A stretch of 64,000 bases of DNA from the human T2T-CHM13v2.0 reference genome, Homo sapiens, in NCBI RefSeq assembly GCF_009914755.1, contig NC_060939.1. One strand, written 5' to 3'. Both the position numbers and the translations under genes were made by a program. Each line of letters starts with the position of its first letter. The first letter of the stretch is position 1. Of this stretch, positions 37,711 through 50,769 are shown piece after piece. Under the pieces are notes generated by a model. The model saw only the letters and a program-made list of their open reading frames with translations. It made no database searches and was not told the DNA's origin.

Positions 37711-39109
37711 GCAGCAGCTCCAGCCTGCTAGAGATGGAAAGGGCACAGCAGATCACTGAATCTAATGGCTTTCAAGCATTTATTTTAGCAGATGAATCTT
37801 TAATTTTTTTTTTTTTTTGCTTAGAACCCCAACTTATAAGACAGAAAGAACTGAGCTGTTCAGGCTGGGTTGGAGATGGGGGTCATCAATAACAGCTGCC
37901 TCATTTTAAAAGCAAGGGAACTGAGACTCAGAGAGGGCCCCTGCTCAAGGTCACATGCTTCCCTTAGAATTACAAATCTTTGGGAGGCTCAAGGACCCCA
38001 GGATGTGAACACAGAGGCCAAGGAACCCCTACTTTCATGGTGGGGGCTCTGAGGGCTCATCCGCCACCTGAGGCCCCCAGTGCTGCCTGTGGCTACCAGG
38101 CAACCAGCTCTGCGTGGCCCAGCCTCCCCATCAGCACCTCGCAGCTGTCCTCCCAGCCAAAACTGGTTTAGAAAAGGCTGCCCAGCTGGCAGGTAGGAAC
38201 AAAGGGATTAGGCCCCGTTTGACAGACTGTGTCCCTCCCATTTGCATGTCATTAAGCTGCAGGCCAGTTAGCAGAGAGGGTCACATAGCTTCAGAGTCCC
38301 TGCCAAGCTGGGGCACGGAGGCACTGAGGCTTCATTTGCATTTTGGACACCTGCCCTGAACTACAGGAGCCAATTTGAAGAAGAGGGATTTCTTGAGGAG
38401 ATGACTGGGGTGTTGGAGTGGACTGGGGAGGTGTCCTCATCTCAGTGGTGACCCTAGTTTTTTTCTGTCTCCCCTCAAAACTGACACAAACTGAAGCAGG
38501 CTTGTTTTGAGGGACAGAAATGGCTTCATTGCTCTGAGAGTTAAACCAGGCACTATGCAACAGCTTGGGAGAGGATAAGTGAATTCTGAGAACCGGGGCT
38601 TCTCTCCCCAACCAGCATCCCCACACCACACACTCACACACATGCACCAGCCTAGCCAAAAGGAAAAAAAGGAAGAAAGGAACACAGGCCACATTTTCTC
38701 TGCACTCCCCTTCTAAGGCCTCCTGGGGTGGCCCTGATTGACAGAACACTAAATGCAAGAGGTTTCCTGTGATAGAGAAAGAGATTTTCTTGAGGCATCC
38801 AACTCCTGACCTTTAAGAGCTCGGGGAGCAAAATGATTTTCAGTCACTTGGGCCTGAGTGAAAGGTATGTGAATTGATCGACTGCAGGGCTCAGGCCTCC
38901 CGAGGTCTTGATCTTATGTCATTAAAATCTTACAATCGAGTTATCCTAATGTATCCCAGCAGCCCCCTTCTCAGAGGTGATTAGTAAATAGACTCAAAGT
39001 TACATGGTCTAAAATGCCTTCTCCAAGGGCCTGGAAGACCAGTAATGTGGATGGGGCCTGGGGCCAAATCCGGCCTCTGCTATTTGAGGTTTTCTTTTTT
39101 GACATTAGA

Positions 39110-39568
39110 CTATGGTAACTACTGCTGTTGCTGCCTCTCACATTTCTTCCTCTAGCTCTTTTAATCTTGTGAAGGTGCCTACTCCTCTTGCCACAGGTGT
39201 CTAGATAGGTTGAGCTGGCTAATTTCCTCTGGCAACAGTGATTGGTCTGGGGATGCAACTGACCCACGCCCAGCCAATCAGAATCTTCCCTAGGATTATT
39301 CTCTTTACTGGGGATCCTGAGCTGGGATAGTGTGAGCAGGGGTTGATGGTGAATATTTTCCCTGCCATGTGTGGTCTTGTCTGCAGAAGGTAGGCAAGCC
39401 CAGCAGGCAAAAGTGAGAAAGGGGTGGAGTGAGAGAGGCCTGATTCATGAAACCCCATCAATGCTATTGAGCTACCTTCATATCTTTCCTAGTTCCAAGA
39501 CCCTTAAAATTCCTCTTTTGCTTAGGTTAGCCAAGGTTCATTTCTGTTGCTTGCAACCAAATCTTGCC
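39110..39568 (+). mobile_element. old MLT1 (K/L-like) LTR
   Basis: ggcaacagtgattggtctgggg...gccaatcagaatcttccctagga...aaattcctcttttgcttagg...tttctgttgcttgcaaccaaa. Confidence 0.7.
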
Positions 39569-39929
39569 ATGTGGGTAGGAGCTGATATTCCCAAGGTTCA
39601 ATCCTTTGGGGCTTGAGGAAAATGAAATGGACAGGGAATGATACAAAATGTGGTCATACAGGTCAAAGGTGTAGACCACAGCAGCCCCTCAGGGACAGCC
39701 CACTAAAACATCAGCTCCACGAAGAGAGAGACCTTTGTCTCTTTCCCAGTTTCTAAAGCAATGCCCGGCACATACCTCTTCCCACCACCTCCCTCCTGGG
39801 CCGCGCTGTCTTGCCTGCCACATGAGATCTCTGCTTCTCCCCGAGCCTCTGCTCAGACCCTCCTCTGTCTCCTAACTTGCATCTTCTGCCTTTTCCACTT
39901 TCTGCTCCCTCTTACTTTCAATTTGTCTG

Positions 39930-40180
39930 TGGTCACCATGACCTGCTCTCCTTCATAGCTTCCACTGTTAACTGCTCTGGTCTCTTCATGTTTCTTGATG
40001 TCAGGTTCAAGTGAAGTGCCAGAAGTCAGAGAGAGACAAAATCCGATTGGCCTGGCTTGTCATTCCTGTGTCAGGCCACCTCCCAGGTCAGGCTGGTGTC
40101 TTTGGGTCAAGTACCAGTGCCTGAGCTGATCAGCTGAGGTTGTGGGGCAGGGATTCAAATGGTGCAAAACATGGCCACTT
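39930..40180 (-). mobile_element. ERVL LTR33-like fragment
   Basis: aatccgattggcctggct...caggccac...ttgggtcaagt...atcagctg...atggtgcaaaacatggcc. Confidence 0.5.
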
Positions 40181-41600
40181 AGGCTGTAGACGTCACAAGC
40201 CAGCCAGTTCTCACTATTAGGGGCCACAGTATCTCCAGCATAGAATCCATTGCTTAGACTAGCTTGGGGGAACCCAGGAACTATCTACACTCCCCTCTTC
40301 CATATTCCAGAAACTTCATCTGAGGCATAAGGTTTTTATTTGACAGTGGGAACCCCTCCCCCCATTCCAGGGAGCTTCCTCACAGGTGCCTCTCTGGTGT
40401 GTTTCTTGCTTGAATTGCAAATTAAATGCTGCATAAACCCTACATAACTCAGTGCCCCATGTTGGCAGTATCTTATTTTTCAATTTCTTTTTTTTAATTG
40501 AATGAACATATTTTATGCAAGCCGTTCTACCTTGGTGAAGGCTGTTCCCCTGTGATTCATCAGAGTAATAACTAGAAACACCATTATTTGGCTCCATCCT
40601 CCTGCTGAGAACATCACATAACTGAGAAATGTTCATGCATCTCACAGAGTTTCGGGGCAGAGTAAAAAGGGGAAGCAGCGAGAGGAGGAGGAGAGGGAGG
40701 AAGAAACAAACAAATGATTATGAACACACATGCAAGCTGACAGCAAGAGACATGGCTAGACAGTGAGAGGAAAACACAGGCCCACATATGGTTGTTGATC
40801 TCACACACATACACGTATGCACACACATACACAGAGGCACAGAAGGAACCACACATACCTGTCTACCCAGGTATCCCAACATTCGAAAAAATTAAATGAA
40901 AAAACCCATAAACTCTACGAGAAGTGATGCTAGAGAGCTGGTCCAGTTGCCTCACTTAACATGTAAGAAAAAGGAAGCACAGAAATGTAGCTATATCCCT
41001 GTGTGTCCCATTTGCAGACACCAGTGTTCCTGGGTTTCTGCCTAGAAATACATAATTCAACTTGTCTAAGATGCAAATCATATCGTTATTTATATTTACT
41101 GAGTTCTTGTCTCTGGGTTAAAGATTTTCAGACATCCTTATCACTTTGATCTAAGATGTGGCCAGAGTATTCCTGCTATTATTGTTTTTGTTTGTTTGTT
41201 TGGTTGGTTTGGTTTTTTAATGATTTTTGTTGAGTTGGCTGAGCATCTGGAAATATTTTCAAAATGTTCACCTCAGGACACAGAAGCCCCTCAGTTAATG
41301 TCTTACAAACCCTAGCATGCTCTCAAGAGCTGTATGAATGAACACTTTTAAGGTTAGACAAATCAAATGTTCAAAGCAGGCTTCTGGAAACCTTCCTGTC
41401 GCTTCTCCAGGTTCATTGGCACTTCCTTAGCACAGCTCTCCTCGCTGCTTGCCTGCATGATTGCCTTGTCCACTGCCCATTTCCAGCTTTTCCCCTCTCC
41501 AATCCCCTCTTCATCTCATTACCAGATGAATTCTTCTAAGACATGACTCTCACCTTACCCTTCTTAGAGTAATCAGGATCCTGAGCTGCAAGTCTACTTC

Positions 41601-41797
41601 TGCATTGGTTGGTCATCTTCTGGCTGCAAGTGAAAACACCCAACTCAAACAAGCTTGCAAAATGGCAGGAAGGAATGGGATATTTGAGGATTCACATAAC
41701 TGGATCATCGAGCAGTAAAGGCTGGATTCTGAGGTCAGCTGAGGCTATCAAAAACATCTCTTTTCCTCGATCTCTCAACTCTGCTTTTCTTCATGGC
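41601..41797 (-). mobile_element. MLT1K-like LTR, first part (continues at 44010-44329)
   Basis: ggctgcaagtgaaaacacccaactcaaacaagctt...cacataactgga...tctctcaactctgctttt. Confidence 0.7.
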
Positions 41798-44009
41798 AAC
41801 TTTTTCTATCCTTTTACTTTCAACTTTTCAGTGTTCTTATGATTTACCTAATGTCTTATAAACAATATAGAGCTGGAATTTTTTAAAATGCAATTTGATA
41901 TCTCTGTATTTTAACCAGAGATTTAAATCCATTGAAATATGTTGTGCTCACTAATCTATTTGTATTTACTTAGCAACATTTTATTTTTGTATTCTTTTTA
42001 CTCTGCTTTGTCTATGCTTTTTTTCCTTCTTTTTATGTCATAGAGTGTTTTTTCTTTAGCCTTTCTTTTTTTCTCTTTGTTACTGGCTTATAGCTCATAT
42101 ACTTTACTGGTTTGTATCTTATGCATTTTTCTTGATTGTCCTTAATTTTTTTAACATGCATACTTGACTTTACTATGTCTGAAGTTAATAAAAATCTGTA
42201 TCATCAAAGAATATAAGACTTTAGAATACTTTAGCCACTATGAGTCTCTTCACATCTTATATATCATATTCAAATCAAATAGTTTTATATCCAAAAATTA
42301 TTTAATGTTACTATAGTTTTATGCAGGAAATGCTTGATTGGATTCATCCCATGTTTATTATTTTTTTCTGATTCCTATTTCTTCTTGCACCTCAGTCCTT
42401 GCCTCTAGGTGGAATTTTCTTCTTCCTAAAATAATCCTGCAGCAGAGCTTTCAGAGAGGATCTGTGAATAGAAAATGCTGTTAATCTTTCTTTGGGATGC
42501 CTTCACTTTTCCCTTTTTCTGACTCTTAATTGGAATTCTAATGTGACAGTTTGTTTTTATTTTTTCCTTATCAATTTTTTGAAGACATTATTCCATTTTC
42601 TCCTTGCTTCTATAGATGCTATCGAAAGCTGCTATTGCTTTTATAGCTGCCAATCATTTATTTATAATAATCTATCTTTTTTCTGTTATCTTTCTTAAGA
42701 TCTCCTTGTCTTTGGTGTTCTGCAGTTTTAGTACAATGTATGATGTTCTAGGAGTGGACTTAATTTTCTTTATGCTGACGGGGGCTATCTGTGATTCCTG
42801 AATCTGAAGATTAATGTCTTTCAATAATTCCAAAACATAGTTATTGATTGTACTGTTTAACATTGCCTCTCTCTCTCATTTTTTCTGTTCTCCTTCTGTA
42901 ACTCCCATTAAATGTGTATGAGGCCTTCTTATCCTGTCCTCCACATCTCTAAACAACTCTTTCATATTTCCATGTCTTTATCTCTCTGCATGCTAGGTAT
43001 TTTCCTCAGATATATTTTCAAGTTCATTAATCCTCTCTCCAATTGTGTCTAATCTGCTTTTTAATTAATCCTAATTTTAAAAAAAGCAATGAGTACATGT
43101 TTTTCATTTCTAGTAATTCTGTTGGGTTCTTTTTGCAACATGAAAGTTATTTTCTCATATTGTCATGTTCTTTCTTGGGTAATTGATTCCCCTTTTATGC
43201 ATTTATTCATTTCAAGCATATTTATTTGTATAGACTAACAGTTCTGCTACCTGGAGTTCTTGTTGGTGGACGGTGTTAGGGTGTAATACTGCTCTTTGTT
43301 GGGGCTCCTGACTGTCGCTCAAGGTGGATCCATTCCTTGTGTGTTTTGTTATATAGGATTATGAGGCTACTTTCAATGGAGCCTTATCTGTGGAGAATCA
43401 TTTGGGTTGATGGCATATTGCCAAAGAGTCTGGGTTTGCTTTTGCCCAGTTCCCGAGGGCCATCCCTATCCATCCTAACATCATTTTAATATTAGTTTAT
43501 AGGTTCAGTGATTCCCAGACCATACAGGTAGTACCATGGCACACCCCAACCCCTCACAACACATAGACTTGCCTACATAAATTATCAAGGGACACTCTTT
43601 CATCCTCAGAGTTCAGGCCAAGACATACAGCTTTTCTGTTGGCTCCCTGTGTATGATGTTTTTCTCCTGCTGCAAGCACAATGCTTGAAGGATCCTACCT
43701 TCATGCACAGTTCTCATGTTTAACTTAGCACAGGCTCAGGGCCTTGTCTTTGGCTGCCATGTGCAGATTCAATCTCAAGTCCTGAGGCTACCCACACCAT
43801 CTCAAAGCAGCTACAGCCTCAACTTACATGCCAGATACTCTGATTTTTGTTCTATCTTTATTTTATTGGACCCCTTGTGATTCCCCATATTTTTTGCAAG
43901 CTCAATTAGGCATTACATATATTTATTTTAATTGATATGTAATTTTAAAAGAATTTTCTGAGGGAGCAAGTTCAGGTTATTTAGCTAAACGTTGCCAGGA
44001 ACAGAAGTC
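41798..44009 (-). mobile_element. HAL1/L1M-type ancient LINE (5' end, ORF1 region, ORF1-ORF2 junction)
   Basis: T-rich antisense L1-like sequence (tccttttactttcaac..., gaagacattattccattttctccttgcttc, cctgaatctgaagattaatgtctttcaataattc); reverse complement begins gacttctgttcctggcaac like L1M/HAL1 5' ends. Confidence 0.7.
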
Positions 44010-44329
44010 CCTGCTCTCCTCCTCATTGACTTTATTTCCAGGGCAGCTTTCTCTAAGTGGTGATAACAATGGCCCCTAGCAATTCCAGGCTTATATGAGC
44101 CTTAGAGGCAGAGAGACCAGAAGGAGTCATTCCTGAAATAAAATATCCCTCATTTCTGAAACTGGCATAACTGTCATTGGCCTGATATGGGTCACATGCC
44201 CACCTACAGTCAATCATAATGATTCAGTCACTCTTCAAGGGAGTGACTAGCATAAGGCCACCCAAGCCCCTAGATCAGAAAAGGGGACAATAGGTGGTTG
44301 GCAAGAAAAAACGACAGGTGTCTACCACA
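44010..44329 (-). mobile_element. MLT1K-like LTR, second part
   Basis: aatggcccctagcaattccaggctta...tcattggcctgatatgggtcacatgcccacc...aggtgtctaccaca. Confidence 0.7.
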
Positions 44330-44769
44330 GCCCCTTTAAAGTGTGCAGCATTATCTCATGTAATCCTTACCCTGTGAAGTCAGTTTTATAATCATCTTTC
44401 CAGTTCCCACAGCTGCTGAGGGGCAACACTAGCACTGGAATGTTGGTCTCCTGACTCAGACCTCAGGCATTTTTAATCAAGGCTAAGCCTCTTGCTCTAG
44501 CCCTTAAGGCCATGTATTTCTGAGTCCTTTCTCTGTCCAATCTTATCTGTCACTACCTCTCTACTTGCTAGACTCTGTTTGGTTTCACCCTGTGCTTCAC
44601 TGAGCTGCTCCTGTACCTGTGATGCCTCCCACAGTTTTTCAACCAAACCAATAAGAGGTTAGACCTGGAAGGAGACCCATCGGTTTCCCTTCCAATGCCA
44701 ACTCAAATCAGTGGGTAGCATCTACGTGAGACACTATGTTAAGTTAAGGTTGTATCCAGGCTTCGCGGG

Positions 44770-45222
44770 TGTCTTAGGTCTGGTTGCAGAGCCTGAGACA
44801 GGTATTCTTGTGCACATTATTTATCGAGGAAGTGCCTTCCAGAGAAACCTGTAAGAAAGTGAGAGATGCAGAAGAAGACGCTAAACAAAGACATCATTTC
44901 AGCTGAAGCCTGGCCTCAGCCTGATCCCATGGGAAGTTCTGGAGTGTGAATGGCACAGCAGGATTGCCCCACAGTGAAGCAAGGCTTTTGTATCTCTGTG
45001 TCAGTCAGTCATTGGCCATGGGTTGACCCTGAGGGAAGGTGGGAGGTGAGCGTAACCTCCCAGATACCTCCTGGAAGGGAGACTCATGTTCCTGCTGAGG
45101 GATATGCCACAGGGAGGAGTGCAGCTAGGAGCTTGTAGCATCTCACACTCACAACAGCTGGGAGTTGGGAGAACTGGCTGGGCAAAGAGGATCTGGGCAG
45201 GACACCAATGGCATCTGTGACA
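44770..45222 (-). mobile_element. solo ERVL LTR (LTR16C-like)
   Basis: tgtcttaggtc...gcagagcctgagaca...gcctgatcccatgggaag...tcagtcagtcattggc...ggatctgggcaggacacc...tgtgaca; TSD GCGGG/GTGGG. Confidence 0.85.
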
Positions 45223-45249
45223 GTGGGAAAGAGTGTTATAATTGATTAA

Positions 45250-45440
45250 TAACAACAGTTATGAAAGCTGTCCTTTGTTGAACACTTCACATGTGTTCTT
45301 TCATTTAATCCTGATAATAACCATATAGCTAAGTACTATTATTTCCCAAGATTATAGGTAAGGAAACTGAGGAAGGCCCAGAGTCTCATCACTCAAGTTT
45401 ACACGGTAGACAGGATTCACATGTACACCAGAGCCTGGAC
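45250..45440 (-). mobile_element. MIR SINE
   Basis: tcatttaatcctgataataaccatat...agtactattatttccc...aggaaactgagg. Confidence 0.75.
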
Positions 45441-45940
45441 GTAGCACCACCTCATGATGCCTGGTGTGAACATGAGAGACAGGAGAGGCCACACTGGTGG
45501 CAGGGACCTACCATCTTGAGGGCATTGAAAAAGCCTGCCTTGTTTGGGAGTTCTCACCATCTAGAAGCCTCTGGCCCTTACATGTGTGCTCTGTGGCTTA
45601 CCTGCTCATACTGGCCAGGCCACATCTAGAGGATGGTGTCCACTTCCAGAAGCAGACTTTCATGCAAAAGGGAAACTGACCACATGGAGGGCATTTGGGC
45701 CTGAGCAACCAGCAGGGTGGTGAGAGATTTGGAAATCATAAACTAGGAAGAATGGGCAAATTGACCAGGGATGTTGAACTTAGAAGGGCAATCTGAGAGG
45801 AGTCACCTGTAGCCTTATCTCAAAGCAGAAAAGGACTGTTGAGTTCACAAATTCAAACAGATGGGAGCAGAGAGTCAGAAAGGAGGGATGACTTGTGCCA
45901 GGCCTAGTACCCAGTGCCTTTAACCCACAGCCTCTGGTTG

Positions 45941-48460
45941 AGTAGTGCACTGGTAAATGTTTAGCAATCAGCTCTCTGGGCATAGAAAGCCCTGGTTTGT
46001 AGCACTTGTCAGTTGCTGTTATGTACATACTCCCACTGTAGCCAATTTCAAGCTCCCCTTGTGGATTAGTCCATTTTCACTCTGCTGATAAAGACATATG
46101 TGAGACTGGGCAATTTACAAAATAAAGAAGTTTAGTGGACTCACAGTTCCATGTGGCTGGAGAGGCCTCACAATCATAGTGGAAGGCAAGGAGGAGCAAG
46201 TCACATCTTGCGTGGATGGCAGCTGGCAAAGAGAGAGCTTGTGCAGAGAAACTCCTGTTTTTAAAACCAGCAGATCTCATGAGACCCATTCACTATCATG
46301 AGAACAGCATGGGAAAGAACTGCCCCCATGATTCAGTCGTCTGCCACCAGGTCCCTCCCACAACACATGGGAATTATGAGAGCTACAAGATGAGATTTGC
46401 TTGGGGACACAGAGCCAAACCATATCACTCCGCCACTGGCCTCTCCCAAGTCTCATGTCCTCACGTTTCAAAACCAATCATGCCTTCCCAACAGCCCCCC
46501 AAAGTCTCAACTCATTTCAACATTAACTCAAAAGTTCATAGTCCAAAGTCTCATCTGAGACAAGGCAAGTCCCTTCTACCTATGAGCCTGTAAAATCAAA
46601 AGCAAGTTAGTTACTTCCTAGATACAACAGGGATACAGGCATTGGGTAAATACAGCCATTACAAATGGGAGAAATTGGCCAAAACAAAGGAGCTATAGGG
46701 CCCATGCAAGTCCAAAACCCAGCAGGGCAGTCAAATCTTAAAGCTCCAAAATGATCTCCTTTGACTCCATGTCTCACATCCAGGTCATGCTGATGCAAAA
46801 AAATGGGTTCCCATGTCTTGGGCACCTCTGCCCCTGTGGCTTTGCAGGACACAGTCTCCCTTCCAACTGCCTTCAAGGGCTGGTATTGAGTGTCTGTGGC
46901 TTTTCCAGGTGCACGGTGCAAGCTGTTGGTGGTTCTACCATGCTGGGATCTAGAGGACAGTGGCCCTCTTCTCACAACTCCACTAGGCAGTGCCCCAGTA
47001 GGGACTCTATATGGGGGCTCTGACCCCACATTTCCCTTCCACATTGCCCTAGCAGATGTTCTCCATGAGGGCCCTGCCCCTGCAGCAAACTTCTGCTTAG
47101 GCATTCAGGCATTTCTATACATCCTCTGAAATCTAGGCAGAGGTTCCCAAACCTCAGTTCTTGACTTCTGTGCACCTGTAGGCTCAACACCATGTGGAAG
47201 CTGCCAAGGCTTGGGGCTTCCACCCTCTGAAGCAACAGTCCGAGCTGTACCTTGAACCCTTTTAGTCATAGCTGGAGCAGCTGGGACACAGTGCACCAAG
47301 TCCCTAAACTGCACACAGCAGAGGTACCCTGGGCCGAGCCTACAAAACCATTTTTTCCTCCTAAACCTCTGGACCTATGATGGGAGGGGCTTCCAGAAAG
47401 GTCTCTGACATGCCCTGGAGACATTTTCCCCATTGTCTTGGGGATTAACATTTGGCTCCTCATTACTTGTATAAATTTCTGCAGCCAGCTTGAATTCCTC
47501 CTCAGAACATGGGATTTTCTTTTCTAGTGCATTGTCAGGCTGCAAATTTTCCAAACTTTTATGATCTGCTTTCCTTATAAAACTGGATGCCTTTAATGGC
47601 ATCCAAGTCACTTCTTCAATGCTTTGCTGCTTAGAAACTTCTTCTGCCAGATACCTTAAATCAACTCTCTCAAAATCAAAGTTCTACAAATCTCTAGGGC
47701 AGGAGCAAAAAGCCACCAGTCTCTTTGCTAAAACATAACAAGAGTCACCTTCGCTCCAGTTCTCAACAAGTTCCTCATCTCCATCTGAGACCACCTCAGC
47801 CTGGATTTCATTGTCCGTATCACTATCAGCATTTTTGTCAAAGCCATTCTACAAGTCTCTAGGAAGTTCCAAACTTTTCCACATTTTACTGTCTTCTTCT
47901 GAGCCCTCCAAACCGTTCCAACCTCTGCCTGTTACCCAGTTCCAAAGCCACTTCCACATTTTTGGGTATCTTTTCAGCAACGCACCACTCTAACGATACC
48001 AATTTACTGTATTATTCTGTTTTCACCCTACTGATAAAGACATACCTGAGACTGGGCAATTTACAAAACAAAGAGGTTTAATTGGACTCATAGTTCCACT
48101 GGCTGGGGAGGCCTCACAATCATAGCAGAAGGCAAGGAGGAGCAAGTCACATCTTACATGGATTGTGACCGGCAAAGAGAGAGAGCTTGTGTAGAGAAAC
48201 TCTGGTTTTTAAAACCATCAGATCTCGTGAGACCCATTCACTATAATGAGAACAGCGAGGGAAAGACATGCCCCTATGATTAAATCACATCCCACTGGGT
48301 CCTCCCACAACACGTGGGAGTTATGGGAGCTACAAGATGAGATTTGGGTGGGGACACAGACCAAACCATGTCACCATGTGACATCATTGAATACAGAGTT
48401 GGGAGGGACGTGCACAATTGGCTATTGTGAGTAGGCGGAAACCGGCTCCTGCACACCGGT
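45941..48460 (+). mobile_element. MER63A-like hAT MITE split by THE1 (45941-46061 and 48374-48460)
   Basis: ctggtaaatgtttagcaa...gccctggtttgtagc...tactcccac...atttcaagct | tgtgacatcattgaa...gagttgggag...ccggctcctgcacacc. Confidence 0.8.
46062..48373 (-). mobile_element. full-length THE1 MaLR (LTR 46062-46427, internal 46428-48007, LTR 48008-48373)
   Basis: two ~366-bp LTRs (attagtccattttcac...ccaaaccatatca), ~1.58-kb THE1 internal, 5-bp TSD ccttg/ccatg. Confidence 0.95.
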
Positions 48461-48490
48461 GATTCCTACTCCAGAGCTCATTCTGCAGGA

Positions 48491-48772
48491 CTAGTGGTTT
48501 CCCAACACTAAGCCCATAAGACTCCCACCAAAAGAGCACTCTAGGGTTACACAAGTTCAAAAAGCAGACCATTCTGAATCCCATTCTCAGAGCACGGCTT
48601 GGTGTGTTTGCTTATTAAAGGTCCTCAAAGTCCTGCCATAAACAAACCTGTTTAACTTCAACTAGCTCAGCTTTCCCCAAACCTGTTTGTCTGCCCAACC
48701 ATTTCATCACATACCTTTTAGGACTAGTATCCTCCAGAACTAGTATTCAATGGAACACCCTTTGGAAAATGG
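48491..48772. mobile_element. hAT-Charlie-type fragment
   Basis: agtggtttcccaac...aacctgtttaactt...ttccccaaacctgtttg...ggaacaccctttggaaaatg. Confidence 0.55.
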
Positions 48773-48789
48773 CAAAGAGAACGATGTCT

Positions 48790-49090
48790 TCACATAAACA
48801 AAGGGCCATTGCTGAGAAAGAGGTTCAACTTGCTGTTCTATTTTGCCTCAGAGGGTGGAAATAGAAGCAATGAGTTGAAATTAGAAGGAGGCAGAATCAA
48901 ATTGGTACGAGGAAGTCTTTTCTAATAGTAAGAACCATCCATCATTAACACAAGGTTAGACACTGAAGGAAAGAGGTCCACATTGCAAGAGACGGTGAAT
49001 GTCTGTCTCTATGGCAAAGGACACCAAGAAGGTGCTTCCTGCAGCAGGAAGGCAGCTAGGAAAGATTCCCTCCAATGACTCTCTGTGAAG
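48790..49090 (+). mobile_element. L3/CR1 3' end
   Basis: gagggtggaaatagaagcaatgagttgaaattagaaggaggcaga...aggaagtcttttctaatagtaaga; translates EGGNRSNELKLEGGR, like the CR1 ORF2 C-terminus. Confidence 0.7.
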
Positions 49091-49849
49091 TAAGTACTAG
49101 GATTCTAGTAACTTGAAGTGCATAGGCCCTGTCTGGGGCCTCAGAACAGGGCCTGTCAGATGGTCGCCTCTATGTGGAAATAGATATTCCAACTCTATTC
49201 ATGTGCATGATATAATTTTAGAAGGGCGAGGATGTCGTCACTTCCCAAAATATACTTCTTGACGGTCTTGTTTCTGCATTAATTCACCATTAAAACTTTT
49301 CTTCTTTAGCTTAATACTTTATTCTGTGTTCAAATGCACATTCTCATGGGAAAAAAGAGTGGTTCAATAGAAGCTACTGTGGGCCCATCATATCCCTGTG
49401 GTGTAGTGAGGTTCTCCGTCCCTCCCAGAGAGCAGGTCTTGTCTGGAGAGGTAGAGCTGGAGGGGAGGGGGTTGAGGCAGGGGTATTGGGTGTCTGGGGT
49501 GGGGGCTAGAGAGCAGGAAAGACTGTAAGCCAGGAGGGAGTGGGAGTGCCAAAGCCAGTCTTGGCTGCCTTTATGAATGTGTTTGGGGCTGGGCCTGTCC
49601 TAGAGATATCCCAAAACTATTTTAGGAGGCAGTAAATTTAGCTGGTGGCTGGTTTGCAAATCATCCAGATATGTTGGTATTTCTGATGAGACAATCTGTC
49701 TCGAGAGGAGACATTTAGAGCCTTTACAACCAAAAGGGATGTGCCTTTTTGAACACGGCCATGGAAAAAGCACAACCACCGCCGCCTATTTTGTTGGCCA
49801 AACCCAGCAGTGGGTAAAATGTGCATGATCACGGGAGTTGCATTTGTAC

Positions 49850-50030
49850 AGAGCCTTTCAGGTGAAAACCTGCTTCTAGATTTATTATCTACAGAATTCT
49901 CAGAACAGCCTAAAAAAGCAAGTGGGCCAATACCCATCTTGTAGGTGAGTAGACTGAGGTGCTTACCTAAAGTTACCTGGGGAGCAGATGGCAGAGCGTG
50001 ACTTCAGCCCAAGATTTTCAAATTTCAAGC
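49850..50030 (-). mobile_element. MIR SINE
   Basis: ttctcagaacagcc...cccatcttgtaggtgagtagactgagg...ttacctaaagttac...tggcagagc. Confidence 0.6.
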
Positions 50031-50044
50031 CCCATTGTAAATAA

Positions 50045-50760
50045 TTTTTTAAAAAATTAATTTGCATTTTAACAGAGTAATAAAAGTATTATTTAAACTG
50101 TCAAATAGCTGCACGAGGCTTTTAGTGAAAAGTATCCATCTCCTGCCCCATGCCCTCCTCAAAAAATTGAGTGCCTCCTGATTTCCCAAAATCTAGAAGC
50201 ACTCAATTTCTATTTTTAGCTATATCATCTTATATTTATGTTCATATTTATAAGATGTTTACACTTTTGGTTCCTGATTTTTAAAAAACTGAAATGTAAT
50301 CTGAAACCTTCCATCTATGAAACACGTGGACTGGATTTTTATACCCCATTCACACAGACACACACACACATACACACTCATACACACTCTCACAAACACT
50401 TCCCTCTTCTCTTCTGCACATCACAATATGGTCACATCACAGTTTTTATTTCGGATATGGCAATTTTAATTTCCAGAATCTCTTTGATCGCTCCTTTTCT
50501 ATAGCATTCTGTTTTTGTTGCACGGTGGATATATCTTTGCTTATCTCTCTGAGATTTTACTTTATTATTTGAAGTTCCATTTCCTCTCTATGGTCTTTGT
50601 CTTTCTCCTGAGTTCATTTTCCACTGGTTTGCATTGGGATCTATCTTTCAAGTTAGAGATTGTCCTCAAATATCTGACAATCCTTGTCTTTATATTCATA
50701 TTTACTCATAAGGTGCAAAAAGGTGTTTAGAAGCTCTTAGTGTCTGGATGGGTGGTTTCA
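50045..50760 (-). mobile_element. degraded L1ME-type fragments
   Basis: T-rich sequence with gtcaaatagc...aggcttttagtgaaaag and ttttaatttccagaatctctttg...tttctatagcattctgtt. Confidence 0.5.
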
Positions 50761-50769
50761 CTATAGAAT

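Noticed and set aside
46607-47611. THE1 internal ORFs as a protein-coding gene
   Set aside because: Frameshifted remnants of the MaLR internal ORF
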